Shown: positions 1 to 8,613 of the stretch, in pieces
How the letters are laid out: every line of letters starts with the position of its first letter
Position numbering within the stretch: the first letter of the stretch is position 1
From: a virus
Taxonomy: Duplodnaviria; Caudoviricetes
IMG/VR virus record: IMGVR_UViG_3300021560_000002
Location: 1-61,372 of that record
Length of the DNA stretch: 61,372 bases
Direction: 5' to 3' (one strand)
Program-made: the position numbers and the translations under genes
The notes under the pieces: generated by a model
What the model saw: the letters and a program-made list of their open reading frames with translations, nothing else
Database searches by the model: none
What the model was told of the DNA's origin: nothing

Positions 1-123
1 CGCAGATCCACGACCAACAGGACTAGGAAGATACAGACCAGCGTCGCCGCCGTACGCAGCACCGCCGTCAGGATGTCGTTAAGCATGCGCAAGGGAGGAA
101 TCCGCGGCGACCGTAGCACAACC
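1..123. repeat. Terminal direct repeat, left copy (circular assembly overlap)
   Basis: Bases 1-123 match 61250-61372, and minus-strand genes run straight across the junction. Confidence 0.97.
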
Positions 124-2895
124 AGTTCGCGGCGGCAATGCCAATTCGTGCATCTCGGACCAATTCCTCCCCGCCGACGCTTCGACGTCAATGTAGAGCC
201 CCTCCGGCGCGATCGTGGGATGCTTGAGGACCGTAGACGGCGAGGTCAGCACGGGATAGACCTCGGCGATGTGCTGCTCGATATCCTCCTCCCGCAGATG
301 GAACATGAACGAGTCGTGGACGTTGTTGAACAAGCCATAGCGAGCGTCGAGCCCTGCTGCCGCCAGCTCCTTCATCTTCTCGCGGATGTGGCCGAAGGCG
401 ATGTTCGACAGCCAGAACGATATTGCTTCCTCAGATTGATCACCGTGGCCCCAGTCGCCCTTGCGACCATTCCAGCGGAAGACCTCATAGAAGCGCCGGA
501 TGTGCCCGAACTGCGTTCGCAGCATCATCTTCTCGTGGGCCTCGCGCTGTACCTTGCGCTGCCACACAAAGACCTTCGGGAACAGTTCCTTCTCGATAAT
601 CGTCAGGAACTTCTGCGCTTCCTTCTGTCCCACGAAGTTCTCCATATAGCGCTCGTAGAGACCCTTGGCCTTGAGGCCGTTGCCGATGCCCAAGATGGCG
701 TGCTTGGCCTGATCGTCGCGGACGTGCTTCCACGCCGGATTCTTCTTGAGCCATTTGAACCTGGCGCGTAGTTCGTCGTCGGACTCGCGCAGGATCGACG
801 GCCCGTCCCACAACTTGAGAATGTGTCCCGTAACGAACGAGTGCATGTCGAGACGGGCAAGGCGGATGTAGTTCGGATCTTCGGCTAAGAAGCCCAGCGT
901 CAGTACGTGGCAGGACTTAAAATCCCACTCGGAGATGAGGTGGCCAGGCTTGGCCGCGACCATCTTCCGCATCGACTTTGCGAGCGCTGGCGTCGGCTTG
1001 AGCTTCGGGAAGTTCTGGATGTTCGGGTTGCGCGAGGAGGTCTGCCCGATCGCCGTGTCGAAGGTAAATGTCGTGTGTACACAGCCGTCGGGGCCAGGAC
1101 GAAAGCCCTCGACGTAGGTGCCGCGCATCTTCGTCAAGCCTCGGAACTCGACGACTTTGAGATAAAACTTGTCGCCGGTCTTGTGCGCCAGACGTGTCAG
1201 CTCCTTGGCGTTGGTCGTGTCGGCAGGCTCATCGGAATCGCCCTTACTGCGGTGTTTGTCCTTCGGCCTCGGATGCCCCTTGGCGTCCATATACTCGAGC
1301 AGCTGCTGCCACGAGTTCGGATTGAAATTATAGACGCGGCACCAGCGGGTCGTAGCGCGTGCTACGGGCTCACCAGTCACCGCGTCCGTATCCGCGATGG
1401 TGAAGGGGCGTCGCTCGTAATGGTAGCGTTCCCCGTCGTCGCCGGATTCCTTGAAGTCGTTCGACGGCAATCCCATGACGTCGTTGCCGTCCTTGTCGCA
1501 CCATTTCTTGATCTCGGGGGGAACGCCCTTATAGCCGTCCTTCGGATGCACGCGGCCGAACCCCGCAGGCACCGCCGCCGCCAGTTCCGCGCCGACCGCC
1601 TGCTGCGCCCGGTCGAACTCGACGTCGAGCGCAACCCGCGCGACGTCGTCGATGGGCATCCCCCGGTCCTCCATCGCCGCGAGCGCCGGGCGGACGTTAT
1701 AGACCTGGCCGATGTACCCGCGCGTCTCGTCGCCCCAGAGGCCGTCCCGCCGCAGCGTCGCCTCGAGCATCCGGTACAGCCGCAGCGTCGCGTCGGCATC
1801 GCAGCAGCCGTAGAACTCAATATCCGTCGCCGCCAAATGTTTCCACGGGAACGGGAACGACGTGAACGACGCGGCGAACTGCAGATGCGCCGGGAGATCA
1901 GGCTGCCAGTGGTGGAACATCGCTAGGGTGTCGTGGATGACGCCCCGCACCTCGACTCCGTTGGCCCGGAGCACTTTGTTGTCGAACAGCCAGACGTTGT
2001 GTCCGCACTTGACGTTGGGCGTCGCCAGTATCTCTGCAATCAGTCCCCGAAACTCTCCGTCCCAAGGAACAGCAATCGCTTCCCCAAGTTCCGTAGAGAA
2101 TTGGACAAGTCTAATACCTGTGTCGACAAAGCCTTCTCGCGCGTCCTCATCGAGGGAAGCTGACTCAGAAGTTTCAATGTCGTAGCTAACCACAATTCCC
2201 GGTGTGCTTCGTACTCGATGTAGGTACGCTCGAACTTCTCCCACGCTGGGCCGGATGGCATAGTCTAGTCCTTTCGTCGTGAAGTTGTCGGCGTCGACGT
2301 CCCACAGGTACGCCGTATCGGTACCCTTGGCGACGTTCACCGCGCGCTGCAGAATCCTCGCGAACACGCCGTGATGCGACGCTTTCCCACGACGCAGGAA
2401 GGCGGGGTGGAAGTTCGGGATGACCGGGACTCCGCCCGGCCCTGGCAGCACATAGCCCACGAGGTGGGAGACTCCCTGTGCCTCCCCCGCCATCCCGGTC
2501 AGCACACGTGTCGCGACGCCGCCTAGCGCGACGATGCACCGGGGCCTGCGCTCGGCGATGACGGCGTCGAGGTTCGGCCGGCAGTGCGATAGCGCGGCGT
2601 ATTCCCACGGCGCTTTCTCCAGCCAATTGTTCCGGGGGCGGCAGCGCAGGACGTTGGTAACGCTGAACTGTTGACGGTCGTAGCCCATGCGACGCAGAAT
2701 GCGTTCTAATACTCCACCAGCGGGCGCCGATGGCCTAAAGGGTAGTCCCTCGCGCTGTTCGTGTTCGCCGCTTGCCTCGCCCACTAAGAGAACGCCGAGC
2801 GACCCAGTCCCCTCGACGGCGGAGAAGTCCGTCCCGTGGGAATAGCAGGCGCAGCCGACGCAGCCGTCCGGCTTCCTGCGTCCCCCAACGCTCAC
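79..2895 (-). CDS. polA: Family A DNA polymerase with N-terminal family-4 uracil-DNA glycosylase domain and 3'-5' exonuclease
   Basis: UDG: CxxC, VGEASG, TNVLRCRP, HPAF. Exo: YDIET, HNVWLFD, YGCCD. Pol: SSRNPNIQNFP, DFKSCH (motif A), AKHAILGIGNG (B), VHDSF (C). Start moved from 2913 to GTG 2895 (GTGA overlap with upstream ORF, GAGG upstream). Confidence 0.93.
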   Translation of the reverse strand: MSVGGRRKPDGCVGCACYSHGTDFSAVEGTGSLGVLLVGEASGEHEQREGLPFRPSAPAGGVLERILRRMGYDRQQFSVTNVLRCRPRNNWLEKAPWEYAALSHCRPNLDAVIAERRPRCIVALGGVATRVLTGMAGEAQGVSHLVGYVLPGPGGVPVIPNFHPAFLRRGKASHHGVFARILQRAVNVAKGTDTAYLWDVDADNFTTKGLDYAIRPSVGEVRAYLHRVRSTPGIVVSYDIETSESASLDEDAREGFVDTGIRLVQFSTELGEAIAVPWDGEFRGLIAEILATPNVKCGHNVWLFDNKVLRANGVEVRGVIHDTLAMFHHWQPDLPAHLQFAASFTSFPFPWKHLAATDIEFYGCCDADATLRLYRMLEATLRRDGLWGDETRGYIGQVYNVRPALAAMEDRGMPIDDVARVALDVEFDRAQQAVGAELAAAVPAGFGRVHPKDGYKGVPPEIKKWCDKDGNDVMGLPSNDFKESGDDGERYHYERRPFTIADTDAVTGEPVARATTRWCRVYNFNPNSWQQLLEYMDAKGHPRPKDKHRSKGDSDEPADTTNAKELTRLAHKTGDKFYLKVVEFRGLTKMRGTYVEGFRPGPDGCVHTTFTFDTAIGQTSSRNPNIQNFPKLKPTPALAKSMRKMVAAKPGHLISEWDFKSCHVLTLGFLAEDPNYIRLARLDMHSFVTGHILKLWDGPSILRESDDELRARFKWLKKNPAWKHVRDDQAKHAILGIGNGLKAKGLYERYMENFVGQKEAQKFLTIIEKELFPKVFVWQRKVQREAHEKMMLRTQFGHIRRFYEVFRWNGRKGDWGHGDQSEEAISFWLSNIAFGHIREKMKELAAAGLDARYGLFNNVHDSFMFHLREEDIEQHIAEVYPVLTSPSTVLKHPTIAPEGLYIDVEASAGRNWSEMHELALPPRTGCATVAADSSLAHA

Positions 2896-3008
2896 GACCT
2901 CAGCCACTCCCACGCGCGAATGACGGCGTAGACAATCGCCGCCCAGAGGCCGAAGCTAAACACCGCCGATGCTGTCCACGCTGCCGTGCGCATCCGCGCT
3001 GGTGTCAC
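2892..3008 (-). CDS. Small membrane protein (38 aa)
   Basis: MTPARMRTAAWTASAVFSFGLWAAIVYAVIRAWEWLRS; GTGA overlaps with both neighbours; below the ORF-track cutoff. Confidence 0.65.
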   Translation of the reverse strand: MTPARMRTAAWTASAVFSFGLWAAIVYAVIRAWEWLRS

Positions 3009-3289
3009 TGCATCACCCGGTCTAGAGCAGCCTCCGACGCCGGATCGACCACGCGCATTACTTCCGCATAGACGACGTCGTCGTTCTTGGCCTGTGGCGG
3101 CACGGTAACGTCGATCGCGATCTGCAGCAGTACGATCCGCCGTCCGCTTTTGCCGCCGTCGATCGCCGTGATGTTCGGCTCGATGACATCCATGACGTGC
3201 GCGATAATCCCGCCGTGCGCGATAGCCTCGTTCGGCCGCCAGTGTACGAGCTGCCCCTTCTGCAACTTGTTGCCAAGGGCGTCCCGCAT
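3005..3289 (-). CDS. Hypothetical protein (possible SH3-like barrel)
   Basis: MRDALGNKLQKGQLVHW pattern; GGAGG upstream; operon packing. Confidence 0.65.
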   Translation of the reverse strand: MRDALGNKLQKGQLVHWRPNEAIAHGGIIAHVMDVIEPNITAIDGGKSGRRIVLLQIAIDVTVPPQAKNDDVVYAEVMRVVDPASEAALDRVMQ

Positions 3290-3290
3290 T

Positions 3291-3551
3291 TCAGTTCCCT
3301 CCCGCATAGGCTTCCGGGTAATCATGCCGCATCCGCGCGATGGCGCGCGCTCGGCTACCCAGTTTCTTCGTCAGCATCCGCTCGACGCGCGCCCGGACCT
3401 CCGGGAAGTCCCGGATATTCTCCGCCGCCTGCTTCCGCGCCCATTCCGTCGTCTGGCCATGCTCGGAGACGATAACTGGAGGCTCGGTCGAGCGTCGCGC
3501 GTGCGGCGTCACAGCGCCGTCGGGCTTCTTCGTCGATCGCTTCGTTCTCAT
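3291..3551 (-). CDS. Hypothetical basic protein
   Basis: ATGA overlap with the upstream gene; fills the operon gap. Confidence 0.5.
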   Translation of the reverse strand: MRTKRSTKKPDGAVTPHARRSTEPPVIVSEHGQTTEWARKQAAENIRDFPEVRARVERMLTKKLGSRARAIARMRHDYPEAYAGGN

Positions 3552-3769
3552 AGATACTTGTCCTTGAGATCGCGTAGCCACCAGAGTTGCTTGACGCTAA
3601 TATCGTAGCCGACGTCCAGCTTATTCCCCATCGACTCAATGAACTCCCGCTCACAATCACTCATCAGCGACGATTGCCCGTCTAGCCCCATCTCGAAAAT
3701 GCTCCGCGCCTCATCGTTGATCTCCGACTGCGACAGCGTCGTCGACTCTCTTGTCGCCCTATAAGCCAT
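3548..3769 (-). CDS. Hypothetical phage protein
   Basis: SD upstream; SDCEREFIESM...ISVKQLWWL resembles a common small phage protein pattern. Confidence 0.7.
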   Translation of the reverse strand: MAYRATRESTTLSQSEINDEARSIFEMGLDGQSSLMSDCEREFIESMGNKLDVGYDISVKQLWWLRDLKDKYL

Positions 3770-3778
3770 CGCCGCCCC

Positions 3779-5170
3779 TCACAACCACCCCCTCACCCTC
3801 TCGTCAATCTTGCACTGCTGAACGAACCGCTCGCGGCTCCCGACGACCCGCAGCCCACCCGCCGTCCGGCATCGGCTAAGTGCGACGTACGCCATCGCAG
3901 GCTTGCCGAAAAACTGGTCGCGGACGTCGATCTGACACCTGTCGAGCGTCAGCCCCTGGCTCTTATGCACCGTCGAGGCATACGCCAGTCGCAGCGGAAA
4001 ATACTCCACCTGCCCGATGACCCACCCGCGCTTCTTCCCGACCTTGTGAATCTCCGGGCAGTACGACGGGTCGAGGGCTCCCACCTTCCGCCCATTCCAT
4101 CCCGCCGGCTCCTCGGCCGTCGTAACGTTCCTGACGATCCTGCCGATCCTGACCGTCTGGCCCGTCCTGACCAGCTTGACCGAGAAGTAAGGGATGCCGT
4201 AGTCGTCCGAGTATCCAGTGACGTGTCCGCAGTCTCCGTTGACGTAGGTGAACTCCGGCGTGTCGTTCGACAGAACCATCACGTACGCGCCGATTTTGAA
4301 GTCTGTCCTCGGCGGTATGCCCCACTCATGCGTCGTGCGGGATTCTCCCCACTCACGCCTCTGCTGCCCCCATCGGCGGGACGTCACGGTGATCCGTTCG
4401 CCTGCGACCTTCGCCAGTCCCAGCTCGTTGTACCGCGAGACCATGTCGTTCTTCGGGAGGATGGTCGTGCCGTCGAACGACGTATCGAGCGCCTGATGCC
4501 AGACCACTCCCGCCGACGTCAACGCCTCCGCGGCCTCGACGCCCCTGCCCGCTCGCGCGAAGTTCAACCCCTCTAGGAACACGCCGCCGTCCTGCCGCCA
4601 CACGCGGTCCAGCCGGACCGAGTTCGCCGCAAACCTCGGCCAGCAGTCGGCGTCGAAGGCGAACCGCGCCTTGATCGGGGGAAGCTGACAGAAGTCGCCG
4701 ACGGTCAGAATGCCCAGCGGCCGTTCGACGTCTCTGTATCGATTGACCTCCTCGGTCGCGCGATAGAGGATGTCGAGCTGCACGGCGTCCAGCATCGACT
4801 TCTCGTCGACGATGAGCCAGCGCCGTTCGACCGCGATATCATGCAGCCGCCGGACGATCTGACCCGACAGATAGGCGTCCTGCATCGACGCCGTATCGAA
4901 GTATCCAAGCGCCGAGTTTAGCGTCACGGCGCCAAGGTTCACCGCCGCGATCCCCGTAGTCGCCGTGAGCATTCCGTAGTCCTCGTTCTCACGGCAGCGG
5001 CGCAGCACCTCGAACGTCTTTCCCGTACCCGCCGCGCCTGAGAGATCCGCGCACGGGACGCCTGCTTCCACCTGCTCTACCTCTGTCGCCGCCTCCACAG
5101 CGGCAGCGTCCAAGCAGGCATCGGCAGGCGTCTCGTTCACGTTCGTTTCTGGCGTGGGAAAGTCTTCCAT
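3779..5170 (-). CDS. Pif1-family (SF1B) 5'-3' DNA helicase
   Basis: GAAGTGKT, TGIAA, VDEKSM, GDFCQLPP, FPLRLAYASTVHKSQGLTLD, YVALSRCR. Confidence 0.92.
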   Translation of the reverse strand: MEDFPTPETNVNETPADACLDAAAVEAATEVEQVEAGVPCADLSGAAGTGKTFEVLRRCRENEDYGMLTATTGIAAVNLGAVTLNSALGYFDTASMQDAYLSGQIVRRLHDIAVERRWLIVDEKSMLDAVQLDILYRATEEVNRYRDVERPLGILTVGDFCQLPPIKARFAFDADCWPRFAANSVRLDRVWRQDGGVFLEGLNFARAGRGVEAAEALTSAGVVWHQALDTSFDGTTILPKNDMVSRYNELGLAKVAGERITVTSRRWGQQRREWGESRTTHEWGIPPRTDFKIGAYVMVLSNDTPEFTYVNGDCGHVTGYSDDYGIPYFSVKLVRTGQTVRIGRIVRNVTTAEEPAGWNGRKVGALDPSYCPEIHKVGKKRGWVIGQVEYFPLRLAYASTVHKSQGLTLDRCQIDVRDQFFGKPAMAYVALSRCRTAGGLRVVGSRERFVQQCKIDERVRGWL

Positions 5171-5189
5171 CTACGTCTCAGACCGCCGC

Positions 5190-5951
5190 CTACGCCAGCC
5201 CTCGCGTTGGCTTCGCCTCGTTGACGCTCAGGAACGCCGCCACCCTTGCCTGCGCCCGGCACAGCGTCTTGCACGTCGGGCACGAGACGAACGGGTCATG
5301 TCCGACGTCGTTCTTGGCCGCCGGGAACCGCTGCATCCCGATGAGGAAGTCGCCGACGCGCTTGCCCGTCTTCTTCCCCTCTTCCTGACAGCGCTGGCAG
5401 CTTGCCCGCCATATCGTCTCGACGATGACGCTTGGCTCCGACGCCAGCGTCTTCATCAGCGCGTCCATGCGCGTTTTCTCGGTCGAGGGCGACTTCGCCG
5501 GTTGCCCGCCCGCCTTCGACGTGATCGTCGTCGCCTGGCTGACGTTCTTGCGCCGGTCGAGCACGCTCTTGACCCAGTATTCGGTGATGGTGACGCCGTC
5601 GAACTTCCCCGACAGATCCTGTAGATGCGCCTCGACGTTGGTGGCGAGGTACGGCTTGCCGTCGTTCATCTTGGGCGACGCTGCGGCCCTGACCGCCACC
5701 TGCTGCCCGTTGGCGTCCTCGATCGCGGCCGCCTTCAACTTCGCCAGCCACTTGCCGTCGGGCGGCGGTGGCGGTACGGCATACGCATCCGCCGCGACGT
5801 TCTCATCTAGCGCCTCCGACGACAATTGCGGGTCGTTTGGGTCGATGAACTGCTGCTTCTGTTCCTCGGCTGCCGACGCCGACGCTGGATTCGGGTCTCC
5901 GGCATCCGACGCTACTGGTGCAAAAGACGCTACTGGTGCAAAACTTGACAT
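5190..5951 (-). CDS. Putative single-stranded DNA-binding protein with Zn ribbon
   Basis: PPPDGKWLAKL-type start of an OB-like domain; two CxxC pairs; lies next to the Sak4-like ATPase. Confidence 0.5.
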   Translation of the reverse strand: MSSFAPVASFAPVASDAGDPNPASASAAEEQKQQFIDPNDPQLSSEALDENVAADAYAVPPPPPDGKWLAKLKAAAIEDANGQQVAVRAAASPKMNDGKPYLATNVEAHLQDLSGKFDGVTITEYWVKSVLDRRKNVSQATTITSKAGGQPAKSPSTEKTRMDALMKTLASEPSVIVETIWRASCQRCQEEGKKTGKRVGDFLIGMQRFPAAKNDVGHDPFVSCPTCKTLCRAQARVAAFLSVNEAKPTRGLA

Positions 5952-5976
5952 CGTATCCTCCGTCCCTCTTTTGAGA

Positions 5977-7044
5977 TTATGACTTCGTTGACGCTACTGC
6001 GCCCTCGGCTGCTGCCCCCGTTGAAACCTTCGCCGCCGCTGCCGGCCCTCGTAGCCGCGCCGCCGCCTGTTCCCGCCATCCCGCGAGCGTGTCCGCCTGC
6101 TCCGACGCCAACTTATCGAGTTCCCGCAGGTAATCGGCGAATGAGTCCGTCCCGTCGACCTTGGGCTCGAAGTATCCGCCGGGGAATCGCTTTACGAGCG
6201 CGCTGACTTTCTCCGGCGTTACGCGCGGCTTGCAGGGGAATGGAATCGATGTCACCGGGTCGAGATGCGGCTTGAAGTAGTAGCGGACGGTAACGTCGCG
6301 GACGATAGAGTCGATCGTCCCTCCGCCGTCTGGCGACGGAACCTTCTCTGTGCGGGTCATCGTGTAATCTTGTCCGTGGAGGAGGTCCCCGACCCAACTT
6401 CCGCACTGTGCTGTCGCCTTCTTGCCCGCGATCGACGGGCCAAACGTCGTGACCCGGTCGTCGTCCTCGGCCTTCGACTCCAGCGCCGTGTACAACACAT
6501 ACCGGCACGGCAGCGCGTTAAAGTTCATCACCAAGCCGTAGAGGAAGTTCTGCACGAAACCGTAGTCGCCGCGGGTCGTCGAGCGGAAGTGCCCGGTCTC
6601 GAGCTTCCCGTTGACGTTGACCGGCTGGCTGAACCCGCCGAGCTTATTGCGGTCTTCGCCGCCGACGCTGATCCCCGAATCCGGCAGGAACCGCAGCACG
6701 ACGTTGCCTATCGACGTCCATCCCTCGACCGCCACCGCGCCAACTTCCGCCCAGTTGATCGGCACGAGCTGGATGCGTTCCGGGTCGGTTTCCTCGACGT
6801 CCTTTGGCCAATAGCCGCGGGAGATGTTGCGCAGGATCGGCAGAGGGATCGTCGCCATCTCCACGCGGTACGGCCGAATCATCCCCGCGCGGACTTCCGG
6901 CTCGCAGGGCTCCCAGCCGCCGCCGTCGGTCGACAGCAGCAGCGTCGACTTCCCCGTAGTCTCCGCGATGTAGTGCGAGAACCACTTGACCTGCGATGTT
7001 TTGAGACAACCCGTCGGGGCGTAAAGACATCCACTACGCGCCAT
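5977..7044 (-). CDS. Sak4-like / AAA_24 P-loop ATPase (ssDNA annealing recombinase)
   Basis: YAPTGCLKTS Walker A, LLSTDGG, VAVEGWTS, DYG, YTALE, GPSIAGK; clustered with exonuclease and SSB candidate. Confidence 0.75.
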   Translation of the reverse strand: MARSGCLYAPTGCLKTSQVKWFSHYIAETTGKSTLLLSTDGGGWEPCEPEVRAGMIRPYRVEMATIPLPILRNISRGYWPKDVEETDPERIQLVPINWAEVGAVAVEGWTSIGNVVLRFLPDSGISVGGEDRNKLGGFSQPVNVNGKLETGHFRSTTRGDYGFVQNFLYGLVMNFNALPCRYVLYTALESKAEDDDRVTTFGPSIAGKKATAQCGSWVGDLLHGQDYTMTRTEKVPSPDGGGTIDSIVRDVTVRYYFKPHLDPVTSIPFPCKPRVTPEKVSALVKRFPGGYFEPKVDGTDSFADYLRELDKLASEQADTLAGWREQAAARLRGPAAAAKVSTGAAAEGAVASTKS

Positions 7045-7210
7045 TTGTTCCCCCCTCCACGCGATCAACGGCCTTCATCGCCTCGACGCGCAGAAACTCC
7101 CCGACCTTGACTCCCTGCTTCGCCGCGACCCGCTGAATTCGGGTAAGTGCGCGCCGGGACAGACGGACACTGACAATCTCGTCCTTCTTATTATCGTTTA
7201 CGTTTGTCAT
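7034..7210 (-). CDS. Ribbon-helix-helix DNA-binding protein
   Basis: IVSVRLS-helix-AAKQGVKVGEFLR pattern (CopG/Arc-like). Confidence 0.6.
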   Translation of the reverse strand: MTNVNDNKKDEIVSVRLSRRALTRIQRVAAKQGVKVGEFLRVEAMKAVDRVEGGTNGA

Positions 7211-7275
7211 ACGATTGTTTACGGCGTCGCGGAGTCTCTCACCATCCACGCCGGCTGTCAAGACCCAGTACCCAA

Positions 7276-7704
7276 CTATTTTTGCGCGGTATTCGGCGTT
7301 GCTGGTGGCTGGCTCGCTAGAGCCCCCGATACCTCGACGCGCTCGACGTCCACGTCGTCGATCGCAGTGCTCACCTCCAGTAGCACCGCCGCGCCACCGT
7401 CAGCCCAGAACCGATGCAGCGTCCCCGGAGTGATCCGCAGTGGCGACGAGAGCCCGGCGATCATCCTGACCCGCGTCGGCACGTCCCCCTCCGCCTCCTG
7501 CGTCTCGACGACCGCAGCGCCGTCGACGATGACGAACGTCTCGTCCTTCCGCGCGTGACGATGCAGCGACGACTGCCAGCCCTCACGCAGGAACAGGAAC
7601 TTGGCCCCATACTCCGGCGTGTCCACGAGCCACCGCTCGACGCCCCAAGCCTTCGCTACGATCTCGGAGCCGGGCAACGATGCCAACTGTTCAGCGATCG
7701 TCAT
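7276..7704 (-). CDS. Cupin-domain protein (sugar isomerase-like)
   Basis: KAWGVE, SSLHRHARKDETF, PGTLHRF, LEVST cupin motifs. Confidence 0.85.
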   Translation of the reverse strand: MTIAEQLASLPGSEIVAKAWGVERWLVDTPEYGAKFLFLREGWQSSLHRHARKDETFVIVDGAAVVETQEAEGDVPTRVRMIAGLSSPLRITPGTLHRFWADGGAAVLLEVSTAIDDVDVERVEVSGALASQPPATPNTAQK

Positions 7705-7934
7705 CGTCGTGCCCTCGCCAGCGCGTTCTCGACGATGCGATAGACGCGCTCGGCCGCTGCCACCGCCGACGCTCTCGTGACCTCAATCGTCGTAGACACT
7801 ATCTTGTCGTCTTCGTCATACTCGTGCTCAAGGGCCGTAGCGTCTTCGATCACCGTTTGTAAGTCGCGAATGTCGTGCTCCTGTAATACCCGCTCCGCCA
7901 CTACTTCGACTGCGGCTGCTCTGTCGTCTGCCAT
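7701..7934 (-). CDS. Hypothetical acidic protein
   Basis: GAGGAG SD; ATGA overlap with the cupin gene. Confidence 0.65.
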   Translation of the reverse strand: MADDRAAAVEVVAERVLQEHDIRDLQTVIEDATALEHEYDEDDKIVSTTIEVTRASAVAAAERVYRIVENALARARR

Positions 7935-7944
7935 GTCGTCTCCT

Positions 7945-8613
7945 CTATCTCAATGCCCACATCTTTCCGGCGATTATTCGGCTTACGTGCGCTGGGTGGA
8001 CGTTATACATCTTGGCGATCTGCGTCTGAGTAAGTCCACCGGACGCATGAAGCTCCCTAATTTTGGCCGCTGATTCCCTCGTTAATTTATTCTCATGGGG
8101 ATTACGCATTCCCTTTGGACGCCGACTCGCTCTCCATATCTCGATAACGCTACGAACCCGTTTTCTAGCCGTCTGAACCTCCTTAGGGGACTTGGGCTCC
8201 TCGGCCATTACCTGAGCAATACCCGTGACCGACCGCATCTCCACAAAGAACATATCGGCGATTCGATCCATCTGGGCATCGGAGAAGTACAATTTTTGGT
8301 TGCCGCTGCGAAACGAGTGACGAACGTTTTCACTGGGAGTAACGTACTCCAAATTGTCCGGTCGATTGTTGGTTCGGTTGCAATCTATATGATTGACCTC
8401 CATCCCCTGTGGCCTAGGTCCGAGGAAGGCAGATGCGACGAGGACATGTACGGCTACTCGTACCTGCCCAGTTAACGTTACTGCTAAATATCCAGTGCCT
8501 GTAGCTGGGCAAGGAGTCAACAAACGCATCGAGCGCACCCTACCTAAATCACTCACCTGATAACGGCCATCGCTTCCGGGAATATCTCGCCAAGATTCTT
8601 GCATCAGGCACAT
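7945..8613 (-). CDS. NUMOD4-HNH homing endonuclease
   Basis: ESWRDIPG..YQVSDLGRVRS (NUMOD4), VHVLVA..F, VNHIDCNRTNNRPDNLEY, C-terminal HTH; visibly lower GC. Confidence 0.92.
   Translation of the reverse strand: MCLMQESWRDIPGSDGRYQVSDLGRVRSMRLLTPCPATGTGYLAVTLTGQVRVAVHVLVASAFLGPRPQGMEVNHIDCNRTNNRPDNLEYVTPSENVRHSFRSGNQKLYFSDAQMDRIADMFFVEMRSVTGIAQVMAEEPKSPKEVQTARKRVRSVIEIWRASRRPKGMRNPHENKLTRESAAKIRELHASGGLTQTQIAKMYNVHPAHVSRIIAGKMWALR

Noticed and set aside
1-123. Biological direct terminal repeat
   Set aside because: The repeat cuts through two coupled genes; it is more simply an assembler overlap of a circular or permuted genome.
907-1926. Long antisense ORFs (also 24781-26001, 27168-28460, 37153-38340 and others)
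   Set aside because: Shadow frames of GC-rich genes with no motifs or SD.
5908-5943. 18-bp tandem duplication
   Set aside because: Encodes SFAPVA twice in a disordered N-terminus; probably simple slippage.
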